DNA of 64,000 nucleotides, from contig OY762428.1 of NCBI GenBank assembly GCA_963665665.1, forward strand, positions 576,001 to 640,000, read 5' to 3'. Positions within the stretch are counted from its first letter, which is position 1, and every line of letters starts with the position of its first letter. Both the position numbers and the translations under genes were made by a program. The DNA is from Candidatus Kapaibacterium sp. (GTDB lineage Bacteria; Bacteroidota; Ignavibacteria; Kapaibacteriales; UBA2268). Below, piece after piece: positions 51,691 to 61,174 of the stretch. A model generated the notes under the pieces. That model saw only the letters and a list, made by a program, of their open reading frames with translations. It made no database searches and was not told the DNA's origin.

Positions 51691-52950
51691 TTGCCGGAAT
51701 TGTTAGGAAGTGGAATGAGTTGTTTTTCCGAAACAGGCCTGAAAGTAAATACGAAAGCTGGCTACGCCGCCACCGGAACCCCGGATACCGTGGGCTATTC
51801 CTACGAGGGCTTTATGACGCCGGAAATGCGTTTTGAACGCCGCCTGATGTTCAAGGAGTATGAACTGAAAGACCACCTCGGCAATGTGAGACTTGTGTTC
51901 GGGGATGCGACGGTGGCCGATGCAGCAGGTGAAACCCAGCTTGACGTGCGGGCGCTTAGTAACTACTACCCATTCGGTATGCTGCAGCCCCACAGGTACT
52001 ATCAGGATGCTGGCTACACCAACAGCCGCCAGGGCTTTAACGGGATGGAGAAGGACGACGACGTGAAGACAGATGAAGGCCAGCACTACGATTTCGGCGC
52101 CCGCGCATACGACCCCAGGGTGGGAAGGTTTCTGAGTTTGGATAAATTTAGAGCCAAGTATCCTGATATTTCGCCTTTTTCTTTTGCTGCTAACTCTCCA
52201 AATATATTTATGGATGACAACGGTGATTCCATATATGTTTATACAAACAACAAGGCTGTATATGTTGCGTTGGATTTAGTCAGGGAAACACAAATTGGTA
52301 AAATGGTTATTGATAAGTACATGAACTCACCAAATGAACATGTTCATATTGGTGTAGAGGATTTAAGACATAGAGCTAGTAAAGGATTGAGTCTTAATGG
52401 AACAGGAAATCAGCGTAATAAACTGATTAAAAATGGCCTTACAGATTTTCCAAATTCTGATCAATCAGATTTTGCACAAGAATACTCACAGCTAAATCAA
52501 ATCAAAGTAAAACCAGGAACAAATCATTTTGTGATTTTTTGTGAGCATTCGTTCAATCCTGAAATAAATGATAATTTTCTTGACGTAATATTTTCTTATA
52601 ACGGTACTGAAGATAATGCTGAAACAGTATTCCATGAGTTTTTTGCTCATTTATATCGAGGATTGGATGCACAACTGGTTATTTATGAGTTTCAACTTAA
52701 TAATAAATTTGATTATGGAGAAATTGAACATAATCATTTAGATTATGGTGATCCGTTCAGTTCCTTTTATAATGTAAAGGCAAATCAACCAGCAAAACAG
52801 ATTCTACCAAACGAACAAAATTATCCTCCTTTAGATCAATTCAAGGATCAGTATGATCAGATTAGCGATCAGAAAATAGAAAATACTGAAAATAAATATA
52901 AAAATCAGCCTGCTAAACAAAATGGAAAGGCGGAAACTTATGTCAGGTAG
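51691..52950 (+). CDS. Orphan Rhs-core fragment with C-terminal putative zinc-metallopeptidase toxin (cassette 1)
   Basis: YELKDHLGNVR, YYPFG, YDFGARAYDP..GRFLS, P....DDNG cleavage motif; HEFFAH. Confidence 0.85.
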   Translation: MPELLGSGMSCFSETGLKVNTKAGYAATGTPDTVGYSYEGFMTPEMRFERRLMFKEYELKDHLGNVRLVFGDATVADAAGETQLDVRALSNYYPFGMLQPHRYYQDAGYTNSRQGFNGMEKDDDVKTDEGQHYDFGARAYDPRVGRFLSLDKFRAKYPDISPFSFAANSPNIFMDDNGDSIYVYTNNKAVYVALDLVRETQIGKMVIDKYMNSPNEHVHIGVEDLRHRASKGLSLNGTGNQRNKLIKNGLTDFPNSDQSDFAQEYSQLNQIKVKPGTNHFVIFCEHSFNPEINDNFLDVIFSYNGTEDNAETVFHEFFAHLYRGLDAQLVIYEFQLNNKFDYGEIEHNHLDYGDPFSSFYNVKANQPAKQILPNEQNYPPLDQFKDQYDQISDQKIENTENKYKNQPAKQNGKAETYVR

Positions 52951-53906
52951 AATGAAATATATTGTAACAGTACTATTCTTTGGTTTATTTTTTATACCAA
53001 TGTTTGGAGTTCAAAATGAAGAAATGAAAAAAGGTTATGAGTATTTTAAAAATACATTACTAAATATGTTTTATCAATTTTATTTTCAGGAATCTGATAT
53101 AAAACGCATTAATTTTTATGATACTTCGGATTATTTATTAGGATTTATATATTTAGATAAAAATATTTATTATTCTACGAATTATAGTAATGTAAACGAA
53201 GGAATTATTCGAATGGAATATGTAAAATTCGAACAACCAATTATAGATCGAATTATTACATTTGAAAGACAAGATGATTCATCTTGGGTTCAAACTAATA
53301 TTGATAGTAGCACTTTTATCATTCTTGATTCTCTATCATATTCTTATACTAATTTCAAAAATGAAAATGAGGATATCGAAATTGAAAAAAATAATAGTTA
53401 CCATATTATTTATGAGACAGATAAAAATATAGTACAGAAAACATATTGTTTCAATGATATAAGTATTATTTTAGCCAGAAAAAGGCACTTTTTTGATTGG
53501 TTGTTATCTGACTGGAGACAATATAAAATTATAGTCCGGAAAAATAAAAAATATGAATATATCCTGATTAGTTCCCGGCCATTATGGTGGAATGGCAATC
53601 ATATATATTTACCAATACCTTCATATTATTTTTTTTATGAAAATGAATCATTAAATTGAATTGATAATATTTCAATAAATAATTATCAGGAATTCGCTGA
53701 AAATCTTCTTGAAGACATGCTTGATAACAAACAATTTGATATTGACAGCCTGATAGCAGTAAATTCCAAATACGATAGTTCGATAAATTTTAGAAAAATT
53801 GACGATACTTTATACTGCGATAATCCTGAAGAATTGTGGTTATACCCAAAAGTAGTTTTCAGCCGGGATTCAATGAAACCAGAGGAGTTGCCATTTTTAA
53901 ATGATT
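52940..53906 (+). pseudogene. Putative immunity protein 1, split by a TGA at 53657-53659
   Basis: Overlaps the toxin stop; its paralog at 56848-57804 has AGA (Arg) at this codon and reads through. Confidence 0.7.
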
Positions 53907-53959
53907 AAATTATTACACTATTTCAGAGTATTTCAGCAAAAATTTTACAAAGGACCAAA

Positions 53960-54264
53960 ATGAAACAACTATTTACACTATGCATTACAGGACTGATAAT
54001 TATTATTGCAGCGGGGCGCTCTGCTGCCGGCGAAGGCAAATGCCCGGCTTGAAAAATACTAAATTGGTTTCATTTCTAATACTAATTTCTTATATTAGGG
54101 GAAATGGAATAACTTGCGGGGAGACTGATGGACGTCAGAAAGAAAAATTCCCCTTGAGTGGTGGCCGAAGGCCGGGGTGGAAAAAGACTGGAAACAGAAG
54201 GCATTGTTTCCATATTACCTGTTGCCCAAGAATAGGAAACTGATACAAAGGGCAAGAGAATTAT
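53960..54264 (+). repeat. Signal-peptide stub plus 5' DUF559 fragment (repeat unit 1)
   Basis: MKQLFTLCITGLIIIIAAGRSAAGEGKCPA*; similar to 55111-55415, and its first ~80 nt match 57857-57939. Confidence 0.85.
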
Positions 54265-54278
54265 AAGTGGTGAAAATA

Positions 54279-55010
54279 ATGAAAAATAGTTATTATTTTG
54301 TTTTGAATTTTGCAATTATTTTTTTGAATATATTGCCAGATTTCGTTTTTTGTAATAATGATATTAATCAAAAGGATACATTAAACAAAAAAGTAAACTT
54401 CGACTATTCAGTTTCGAATTTTCAAACGAATCATGAAGATAATGGTGTAAATAATTTAATTGCAGATAATTATAATTTTGAGAATAATAATTCTTTTGTC
54501 AATTATGGGAATCTTCCAAGCTTGATTGATTCCATCTATATTCAGTTTAATGATTCAGCGGAAAAATATGTAAATTGGTATTATAAAGAAGATATATCTT
54601 TAGGAAGAAGAGCTATAATTTCGTCTTTGCTTCTCCCGAAACCGGAATATCTCCATGCACTATCGATGAATATGAAATATCTATATAAGTTAGAAAAGAA
54701 TATTTTTAAAGATTCAATAGAAGTTGTAAAAAAAATGAATTTAGTAATTGTTGATGAAAACATAATTTTCTATGATATTATACATAAAACTTGGTGGAAT
54801 ATGTTGAAAAAAAATGAAGGAATTGAAATTTATCATAATGATGATTCTTTAAATATTGAAAGGATGAAGAAGCATTATGAAATCATCAGGAATTTCTATA
54901 TTTACTGGTATTCCATTTATAAGCTGAAAGGACTTGATTATATGATTGAGAACAAAATCAGATGTCTGCCTGACAATTACCAGTGGCGGGAGTCGAATCA
55001 AAATAATTGA
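54279..55010 (+). CDS. AT-rich secreted hypothetical protein (orphan immunity-like)
   Basis: Hydrophobic N-terminus; very low GC; flanked by the two repeat units. Confidence 0.6.
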   Translation: MKNSYYFVLNFAIIFLNILPDFVFCNNDINQKDTLNKKVNFDYSVSNFQTNHEDNGVNNLIADNYNFENNNSFVNYGNLPSLIDSIYIQFNDSAEKYVNWYYKEDISLGRRAIISSLLLPKPEYLHALSMNMKYLYKLEKNIFKDSIEVVKKMNLVIVDENIIFYDIIHKTWWNMLKKNEGIEIYHNDDSLNIERMKKHYEIIRNFYIYWYSIYKLKGLDYMIENKIRCLPDNYQWRESNQNN

Positions 55011-55329
55011 TACTCTGAATCATTATTTTTTATTTATAAAACCATAATTAAAAAATACATACAATTTTGATAGCATAAACAGAATACGAAATCAAAACCC
55101 AAGGACCAAAATGAAACAAATATTTACACTATGCATTACAGGACTGATAATTATTATTGCTGCGGGGCGCCCTGCTGCCGGCGAAGGCAAGTGCCTGGCT
55201 TGAAAAATACTATATTGGTTTCATTTCTAATACTGATTGCGTATATTATGGGAAATGGAATAACTTATGGGAAGCCTGATGGACGACAGAAAGAAAAATT
55301 CCCTCTTGAGGGGTGCCCGAAGGGCGGGG

Positions 55330-55744
55330 TGGAAAAAGACTGGAAGCAGAAGGCATTGTTTCCATATTACCTGTTGCCCAAGAATAGGAAACTGACACAA
55401 AGGGCAAGAGAATTAAGAAAAGCAGGTGTTCTGTCCGAAGTTGTTTTCTGGAAAGCTTTTAAAGATAAGAGAAGTCTTGGCTGGGATATTGACAGGCAAT
55501 AATAATTGGCAACTACATAGTTGATTTCTTTATTGCGGAGTTGGGACTTGTTTTTGAGATTGACGGGAGTTCGCATAATGAAAAGGTCGAATATGATGAA
55601 AATCGCGATGCCTTTTTATCAGGTTTTGGCTTGAAAGTTGTTCATTTTAGCGATAAAGATGTATTGAAAAATATTCATGGAGTTGAGCAGGAAGTGAAAA
55701 GAAGTATCGATGAACGTTTCAGGTTTCTGAGAAATGAGCAATAA
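55330..55744 (+). pseudogene. DUF559 (Vsr-like) endonuclease with in-frame TAA at 55500-55502
   Basis: RARELRK...SE..FW...RQ*IIGNYIVDFF...VFEIDGSSH...RDAFL. Confidence 0.85.
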
Positions 55745-55847
55745 CCGGGTATATCCACCCCAGCCTGTCCCGATGGATCGGGAACTCGCTGCGCTCGCCA
55801 CCCGCCCTGCCCCGGCCTGTCGGGGTCAAGAGGGGAACTGTCCCGGT

Positions 55848-56858
55848 ATGCTGCAGCCACACAGGTACTATCAGGATGCTGGCTACACCAACAGCCGCCA
55901 GGGATTTAACGGGATTGTTGAGCGAAGCGAAATCCCGACTGCATTTTCATTCCATAAATCTATCGGGAAGAAGGACGACGACGTGAAGGCAGATGAAGGC
56001 CAGCACTACGATTTCGGCGCCCGCGCCTACGACCCCAGGGTGGGAAGATTCCTGAGTTTGGATAAATTTAGAGCCAAGTATCCTGATATTTCGCCTTTTT
56101 CTTTTGCTGCTAACTCTCCAAATATATTTATGGATGACAACGGTGATTCCATATATGTTTATACAAACAACAAGGCTGTATATGTTGCGTTGGATTTAGT
56201 CAGGGAAACACAAATTGGTAAAATGGTTATTGATAAGTACATGAACTCACCAAACGAACATGTTCATATTGGTATAGGGGATTTGACAAAGGATAGGGCT
56301 GAAGGGAAAACTCTTAATGGAACAGGAAATCAGCACAATAATTTAATTCAAAATGGCGTTACAAATTTTCCAAATTCAAAACAAAAAAAATATGCACAAG
56401 AATTCTCCCAGTTAAATAATATCCCAGTAAAACCCGGAACAAATCATTTCGTAATATTTGCTGATAATTCCTTTAATCCTGAAGTAAATGATAGTTTCTG
56501 GGATTTCTTCTCTTATGCTAGCACATCAGATAATGCTGAAACAGTATTCCATGAGTTTTTTGCTCATTTATATCGAGGATTGGATGCACAACTGATTATT
56601 TATGAGTTTCGACTTAATAAAGAATTTGATTATGGAGAAATTGAACATAATCATTTAGATTATGGTAATCCGTATAGTTCAACTTATGGAGGGCAAGGAT
56701 TACAACAGGTTTTACCAAACGAACAAAATTATCCTCCTTTAGATCAATTTAAGGATCAATATGATCAGATTAGCGATCAGACAATAGAAAATACTGAAAA
56801 CAAATATAAAAATCAACCTGCTAAACAAAATGGAAAGGCGGAAACTTATGTACGGTAA
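55848..56858 (+). CDS. Orphan Rhs-core fragment with paralogous HExxxH toxin (cassette 2)
   Basis: Near-identical core to cassette 1 and a diverged toxin middle; the track's 55734 start only translates a REP-like palindrome. Confidence 0.8.
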   Translation: MLQPHRYYQDAGYTNSRQGFNGIVERSEIPTAFSFHKSIGKKDDDVKADEGQHYDFGARAYDPRVGRFLSLDKFRAKYPDISPFSFAANSPNIFMDDNGDSIYVYTNNKAVYVALDLVRETQIGKMVIDKYMNSPNEHVHIGIGDLTKDRAEGKTLNGTGNQHNNLIQNGVTNFPNSKQKKYAQEFSQLNNIPVKPGTNHFVIFADNSFNPEVNDSFWDFFSYASTSDNAETVFHEFFAHLYRGLDAQLIIYEFRLNKEFDYGEIEHNHLDYGNPYSSTYGGQGLQQVLPNEQNYPPLDQFKDQYDQISDQTIENTENKYKNQPAKQNGKAETYVR

Positions 56859-57804
56859 AACAAAATTATACATAATAGTCTGTCTTGGAATATTTTTTAT
56901 TCCGCTATTTGGTGCAAAAAAAAATGTGTTTAATAGGGGCTATCAATATTTTAAGAATAGATCTTTGGGATCATATATTCAATTATATTTTCAGAATTCT
57001 GATATAAAACAAATTTTTTGTTTTGATACTTCAAATTCGATGTTAGGTTTCGTTTATTTAGATGAAAATCTTTTATACTATAGAAGCTATCAGGATTTAA
57101 AAGGTAATGATAATGTTCATTCAATTAGTTATTATTATAAATCAGGACAGTCGATAATCGGAAGATCAAAAATTTTTAATAAGAATGTTGATTCTTCTGT
57201 GTCGATCACTTTCAAAGATAGTACTGTCATGATCATTGATGATCCTGATTCTTATATCTATATATGTCCTAACAATGAAATATTTAAAATTGAAATTGAA
57301 GATTATGATAGTTATCAAATTATTTATGAAAAAGATGCTGATGGAATACTGAAGTCTTATCATTTTAAAGACATGAGTATAGTTTTATATAGAAATAAAC
57401 ACTTCTTAGATTGGTTAATACCCGACTGGGAATACTACAAAATTATTGTTCATAAAAATGAAAAAATTGAATATATTTTTATTGAGCCTCAAGCATCATG
57501 GCAATATTTTTTATATTCTCATCATATTATCTATGATAAAGAATCATTAAATAGAATTGATAATATTTCAATAAATAATTATCAGGAATTCGCTTATAAT
57601 CTTCTTGAGGATATGCTGGATAATAAACAATTTGATATTGACAGCCTGATAGCTGCAAATTCAAAGTACGATAGTTCGATAAATTTCAGAAAAATTGACG
57701 ATACCTTATACTGCGATAATCCTGAAGAATTGTGGTTATACCCAAAAGTAGTTTTCAGCCGGGATTCAATAAAACCAGAGGAGTTGCCATTTTTAAATGA
57801 TTAA
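56848..57804 (+). CDS. Putative immunity protein 2 (intact)
   Basis: Overlaps the toxin stop; signal-like N-terminus; paralog of 52940-53906. Confidence 0.7.
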   Translation: MYGKTKLYIIVCLGIFFIPLFGAKKNVFNRGYQYFKNRSLGSYIQLYFQNSDIKQIFCFDTSNSMLGFVYLDENLLYYRSYQDLKGNDNVHSISYYYKSGQSIIGRSKIFNKNVDSSVSITFKDSTVMIIDDPDSYIYICPNNEIFKIEIEDYDSYQIIYEKDADGILKSYHFKDMSIVLYRNKHFLDWLIPDWEYYKIIVHKNEKIEYIFIEPQASWQYFLYSHHIIYDKESLNRIDNISINNYQEFAYNLLEDMLDNKQFDIDSLIAANSKYDSSINFRKIDDTLYCDNPEELWLYPKVVFSRDSIKPEELPFLND

Positions 57805-57856
57805 ATTATTACACTATTTCAGAGTATTTCAGCAAAAATTTTACAAAGGACAAAAA

Positions 57857-59989
57857 ATGAAACAAATATTTACACTTTGCATTACAGGACTGATAATTAT
57901 TATTGCAGCGGGGCGTCCTGCTGCCGGTGAAGGCAAATGGGAATGGTACAACCCACTGCCTGGCGGCCAGCCAATACAAATGGAAAAAATTGGCGCGGAT
58001 ACCGCCCTGGCGCTTTGCCCCTTCGGCATGCTGGTTTCAACCGACCAGGGAGAAACATGGCAGTACAAGCCTGTGGTACAGGACTCCGCGTTCGTAAACA
58101 TGAGCATTAGCGAAAGCGGCGCAATATGGGCAGGGAACAGGCGCGACCTGCTAAAATCCACCAATATGGGCGACAGTTGGGAAACCATACGCCAGCACGA
58201 TAAAGCAATAGAGCAGATTTATTTTATTAACGACGAAAAGGGCTTTATTTTCAGCCCGGAATTAATTTACAGAACCACCGACGGCGGCCAAAGCTGGGAC
58301 ACCACGGGCATGCCCTCCTACTGCTTACCCCGAAGCATTTTCTTTTTCAACGATACTCATGGCTGGGGCTGCGGCGAAGACGGAGGTATTCTGAGAACCA
58401 CCGACGGCGGCGACAGCTGGGAATTTGATAAAATATATTGGAAAGGTATTTTCAGGGGCGTTTATTTCCAAACCGAGAAATACGGTTACATGTTCGGCGA
58501 AGATGCCGAGCATTATGATGACGGAGATATATATAAAACCACCGACGGCGGTGAAAGCTGGCGTTTGGATGGCAGGTACAGGTCCGATACCAAATGCAAG
58601 AACTGGGATTTCTTTGATCGCAGGGGCGTGCAGGTGGGCAGGGCGGACAGCCTGATAAAGTATGATTTCACAGGATTCAACAACAAGTGGGAGTCTTTTG
58701 CCTACGAGCATGACGCCGTTATCGAAAATGTCCTGATGTTCAGCTATGATATATTTGTTGGCTGGGACAGTATGCAGCGCTTAGTGAAGTCAACCGACGG
58801 CGGCCAGACCTGGGAGGTAAAATCATATTCAATGGTTGGAAGCGCCGTGAACAAAATATATTTTCAGGACGAGAATAAAGGTTGGATACTTAGCGGCGGG
58901 GCTTACTACACAACTTCAGACGCCGGAGAGAACTGGACGGAAAATTCGATAGGTTCCGGGCATAATTACTTAGATATTGCATTCATTGATGATAATACAG
59001 GGTTTATGGCTGCAAAGCAGCTGGTTCAATACAATCCTGAGTATTATTTGTTCAGAACCGAAAACGGCGGTGAAAGCTGGGATGATATTTCCTCCGGGAA
59101 TATGCAGCATAAAATACTGGGAATCACTCCCGGCGGCGTAGTTCTATCCCTTGCCAACGACGGGGAGCTATACAGATCGACCGATAAAGGAAACAATTGG
59201 GATACTATTTCGATAGAATCATTCCTATATGGTCATAATTTTGGAATTGCTGATGAGAATACCTATATAGTTTTTTGTGAGTCAAGTCCTCGTAAGATGT
59301 ATTTTATTACTACTGATGCTGGCGCAACCTGGACGGGAATTGATACTATCCACTATGGAATTGGCAACTATTGTATAGAATTTATGGATGAACAAACAGC
59401 GTTAGTTGGTGGAGCCAAAGGGCATATATACAAAACCACGGACGGATGCCAGACCTGGGAATTGAAAAGCAGTACTGAAGAGAATTTTCGAATAAAAGAT
59501 ATTAAATTTATTGATGAGAACTTAGGCTGGGCAGTTGGAACGGAATCGGCATTTTTCGAGACCACCGACGGCGGTGAAAGCTGGTATTTCAAGAAAGGCC
59601 TGATTGACGGGGATTTGAAAACGATATGTATTGCCGGCTCGGGTAGCGCCTGGATTGGCGGCGATAAGGGCACGATAATTAAATACACCGGCGATGGCAG
59701 CCCCGTGGCTGAAACTTATGTCAGTAAGGAAGAGATAAGCGTTATGAACTACCCCAATCCCTTCCGGGATATGACGACGCTGCGCTTTAATTTAAAAACG
59801 GCAGCACATGTCAGCACGAAGATATACGACCTTTCCGGCCAGGTAGTAGCCGACCTTGGCAGCAAATATATCAACCCCGGCGACTACGAAATGCAATGGC
59901 AACCGGGCGGCCTGCCCTCAGGCGTTTATTTCCTTCGCATCAGCAACGGCAAAACCACAGCCGAGCGCAAGCTGATACTGGGAAGATAG
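57857..59989 (+). CDS. YCF48/BNR-repeat beta-propeller protein with T9SS type A sorting domain
   Basis: Many TTDGGxSW repeats; NYPNPF...IYDLSGQ...SGVYF. Confidence 0.92.
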   Translation: MKQIFTLCITGLIIIIAAGRPAAGEGKWEWYNPLPGGQPIQMEKIGADTALALCPFGMLVSTDQGETWQYKPVVQDSAFVNMSISESGAIWAGNRRDLLKSTNMGDSWETIRQHDKAIEQIYFINDEKGFIFSPELIYRTTDGGQSWDTTGMPSYCLPRSIFFFNDTHGWGCGEDGGILRTTDGGDSWEFDKIYWKGIFRGVYFQTEKYGYMFGEDAEHYDDGDIYKTTDGGESWRLDGRYRSDTKCKNWDFFDRRGVQVGRADSLIKYDFTGFNNKWESFAYEHDAVIENVLMFSYDIFVGWDSMQRLVKSTDGGQTWEVKSYSMVGSAVNKIYFQDENKGWILSGGAYYTTSDAGENWTENSIGSGHNYLDIAFIDDNTGFMAAKQLVQYNPEYYLFRTENGGESWDDISSGNMQHKILGITPGGVVLSLANDGELYRSTDKGNNWDTISIESFLYGHNFGIADENTYIVFCESSPRKMYFITTDAGATWTGIDTIHYGIGNYCIEFMDEQTALVGGAKGHIYKTTDGCQTWELKSSTEENFRIKDIKFIDENLGWAVGTESAFFETTDGGESWYFKKGLIDGDLKTICIAGSGSAWIGGDKGTIIKYTGDGSPVAETYVSKEEISVMNYPNPFRDMTTLRFNLKTAAHVSTKIYDLSGQVVADLGSKYINPGDYEMQWQPGGLPSGVYFLRISNGKTTAERKLILGR

Positions 59990-60013
59990 GATAAAGAATA
60001 ACATTTAACAATG

Positions 60014-60047
60014 GCGTCCGGATATGAGATATTCGGGCGTTTTTTTT
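60014..60047 (+). terminator. Intrinsic terminator
   Basis: gcgtccgg...tcgggcgt followed by a T run. Confidence 0.75.
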
Positions 60048-60079
60048 AATTATATATGTTTTTAGAGAAAATCCTATAT

Positions 60080-60150
60080 TGCACAAACCGGACAAAGTGT
60101 ACCGGCTAAACCGCTCAAAGTGTACCACCCAGACCGGAAAATTAGTACCA
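60080..60150 (+). mobile_element. Solo IS21-like terminal region
   Basis: Begins with TG and carries three spaced copies of ccgNNcaaagtgtacc-like repeats; no istA/istB nearby. Confidence 0.5.
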
Positions 60151-60798
60151 GCATATTTCTGAAACTAAACACAATAATTTTACCTGAGGATTTCTATTAT
60201 ACCAAAGAAATTAATAAGAATGTGTTTTTTTAAGGATTTTTTTTCTAAAAACACAATTTTTTCCGGCAAAAAGCTATTGAAATAAAGTTTAATCCAGCTT
60301 TTCCCACCAAAACTGCCCAAAAAACGGTAATTTTCTTTCCATTTTGGTTGAAAAACTTTGAATTTTGGTATCCTCAACTTGTTTTTTGAACTTTTTCAAA
60401 CATTTCTGACACTGTGAGGCTTTCATTTCGTTTGCCCTCGTAAAAATTCGTAAATTTTCGTAACTATACATTACTGTACAAATATATAAAGTATCATCTG
60501 AATGCAGTCGTAAAAATTAAGCTTACAGGTAATTTTATGGCGGGAAAAGTCAGCCATATTTTTATGTTTTGGGACATTTTCCTGACCTGGAAGTGATATT
60601 TTACTGTTCAATTAATATAGTGGAACGCGAAAGTAAATAATCAAAAATATTTTTGTATTTGTCCGGCATGGTCTCCATCCTCATTTTTTCATATTATTAT
60701 GATATATGTAAATATAACAAATTATCCGGTATAAAGTTGCAGGGGTTTTGAATTATTATTTCCGGCCCTGTCTCAAACCCCGCAGATCTTTCACTCTG

Positions 60799-61114
60799 AG
60801 CGCAGCGAAGAGTCCATTCTTTATACATTCCCCCTCATTACGAAGTTGTAATTCGTAATGCAGTTTTCTTTTGAAGCTGAGCTTCATAATTTCAAAGTAG
60901 AACTTTGCAGGAAATATTCCTTCCCAAGTACAACTTGGGAAGGAGGGAAAATCACCTGTCCCCCGCTGGCGGGGATGCCCGAAGGGCGGGGGTGGATTTC
61001 CGGAAAAATTCCCCTCGTTAAGGGGTGGCGAGCGCAGCGAGACGGGGTGGATTCTTCACACACTATCTGCGAACAAAGATGGATTCTTCGGTCGCTTCGC
61101 TTTCTCAGAATGAC
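60799..61114. repeat. Right copy of the composite palindromic repeat
   Basis: Matches 48592-48826 and 48979-49047 in the same orientation. Confidence 0.88.
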
Positions 61115-61174
61115 CGCTTTATACAATTTTTATATATTTTCAAAGTTCAGCTGAATAGTAACATTTCGTTTTCC

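Noticed and set aside
36451-55502. Stop-codon reassignment suggested by three in-frame stops
   Set aside because: They involve both TAA and TGA, which end conserved genes normally elsewhere in the window; two lie in a decaying island.
52350-56700. Diversity-generating retroelement TR/VR pair between the two toxin copies
   Set aside because: Differences are not restricted to adenines and include indels; there is no reverse transcriptase in the window.
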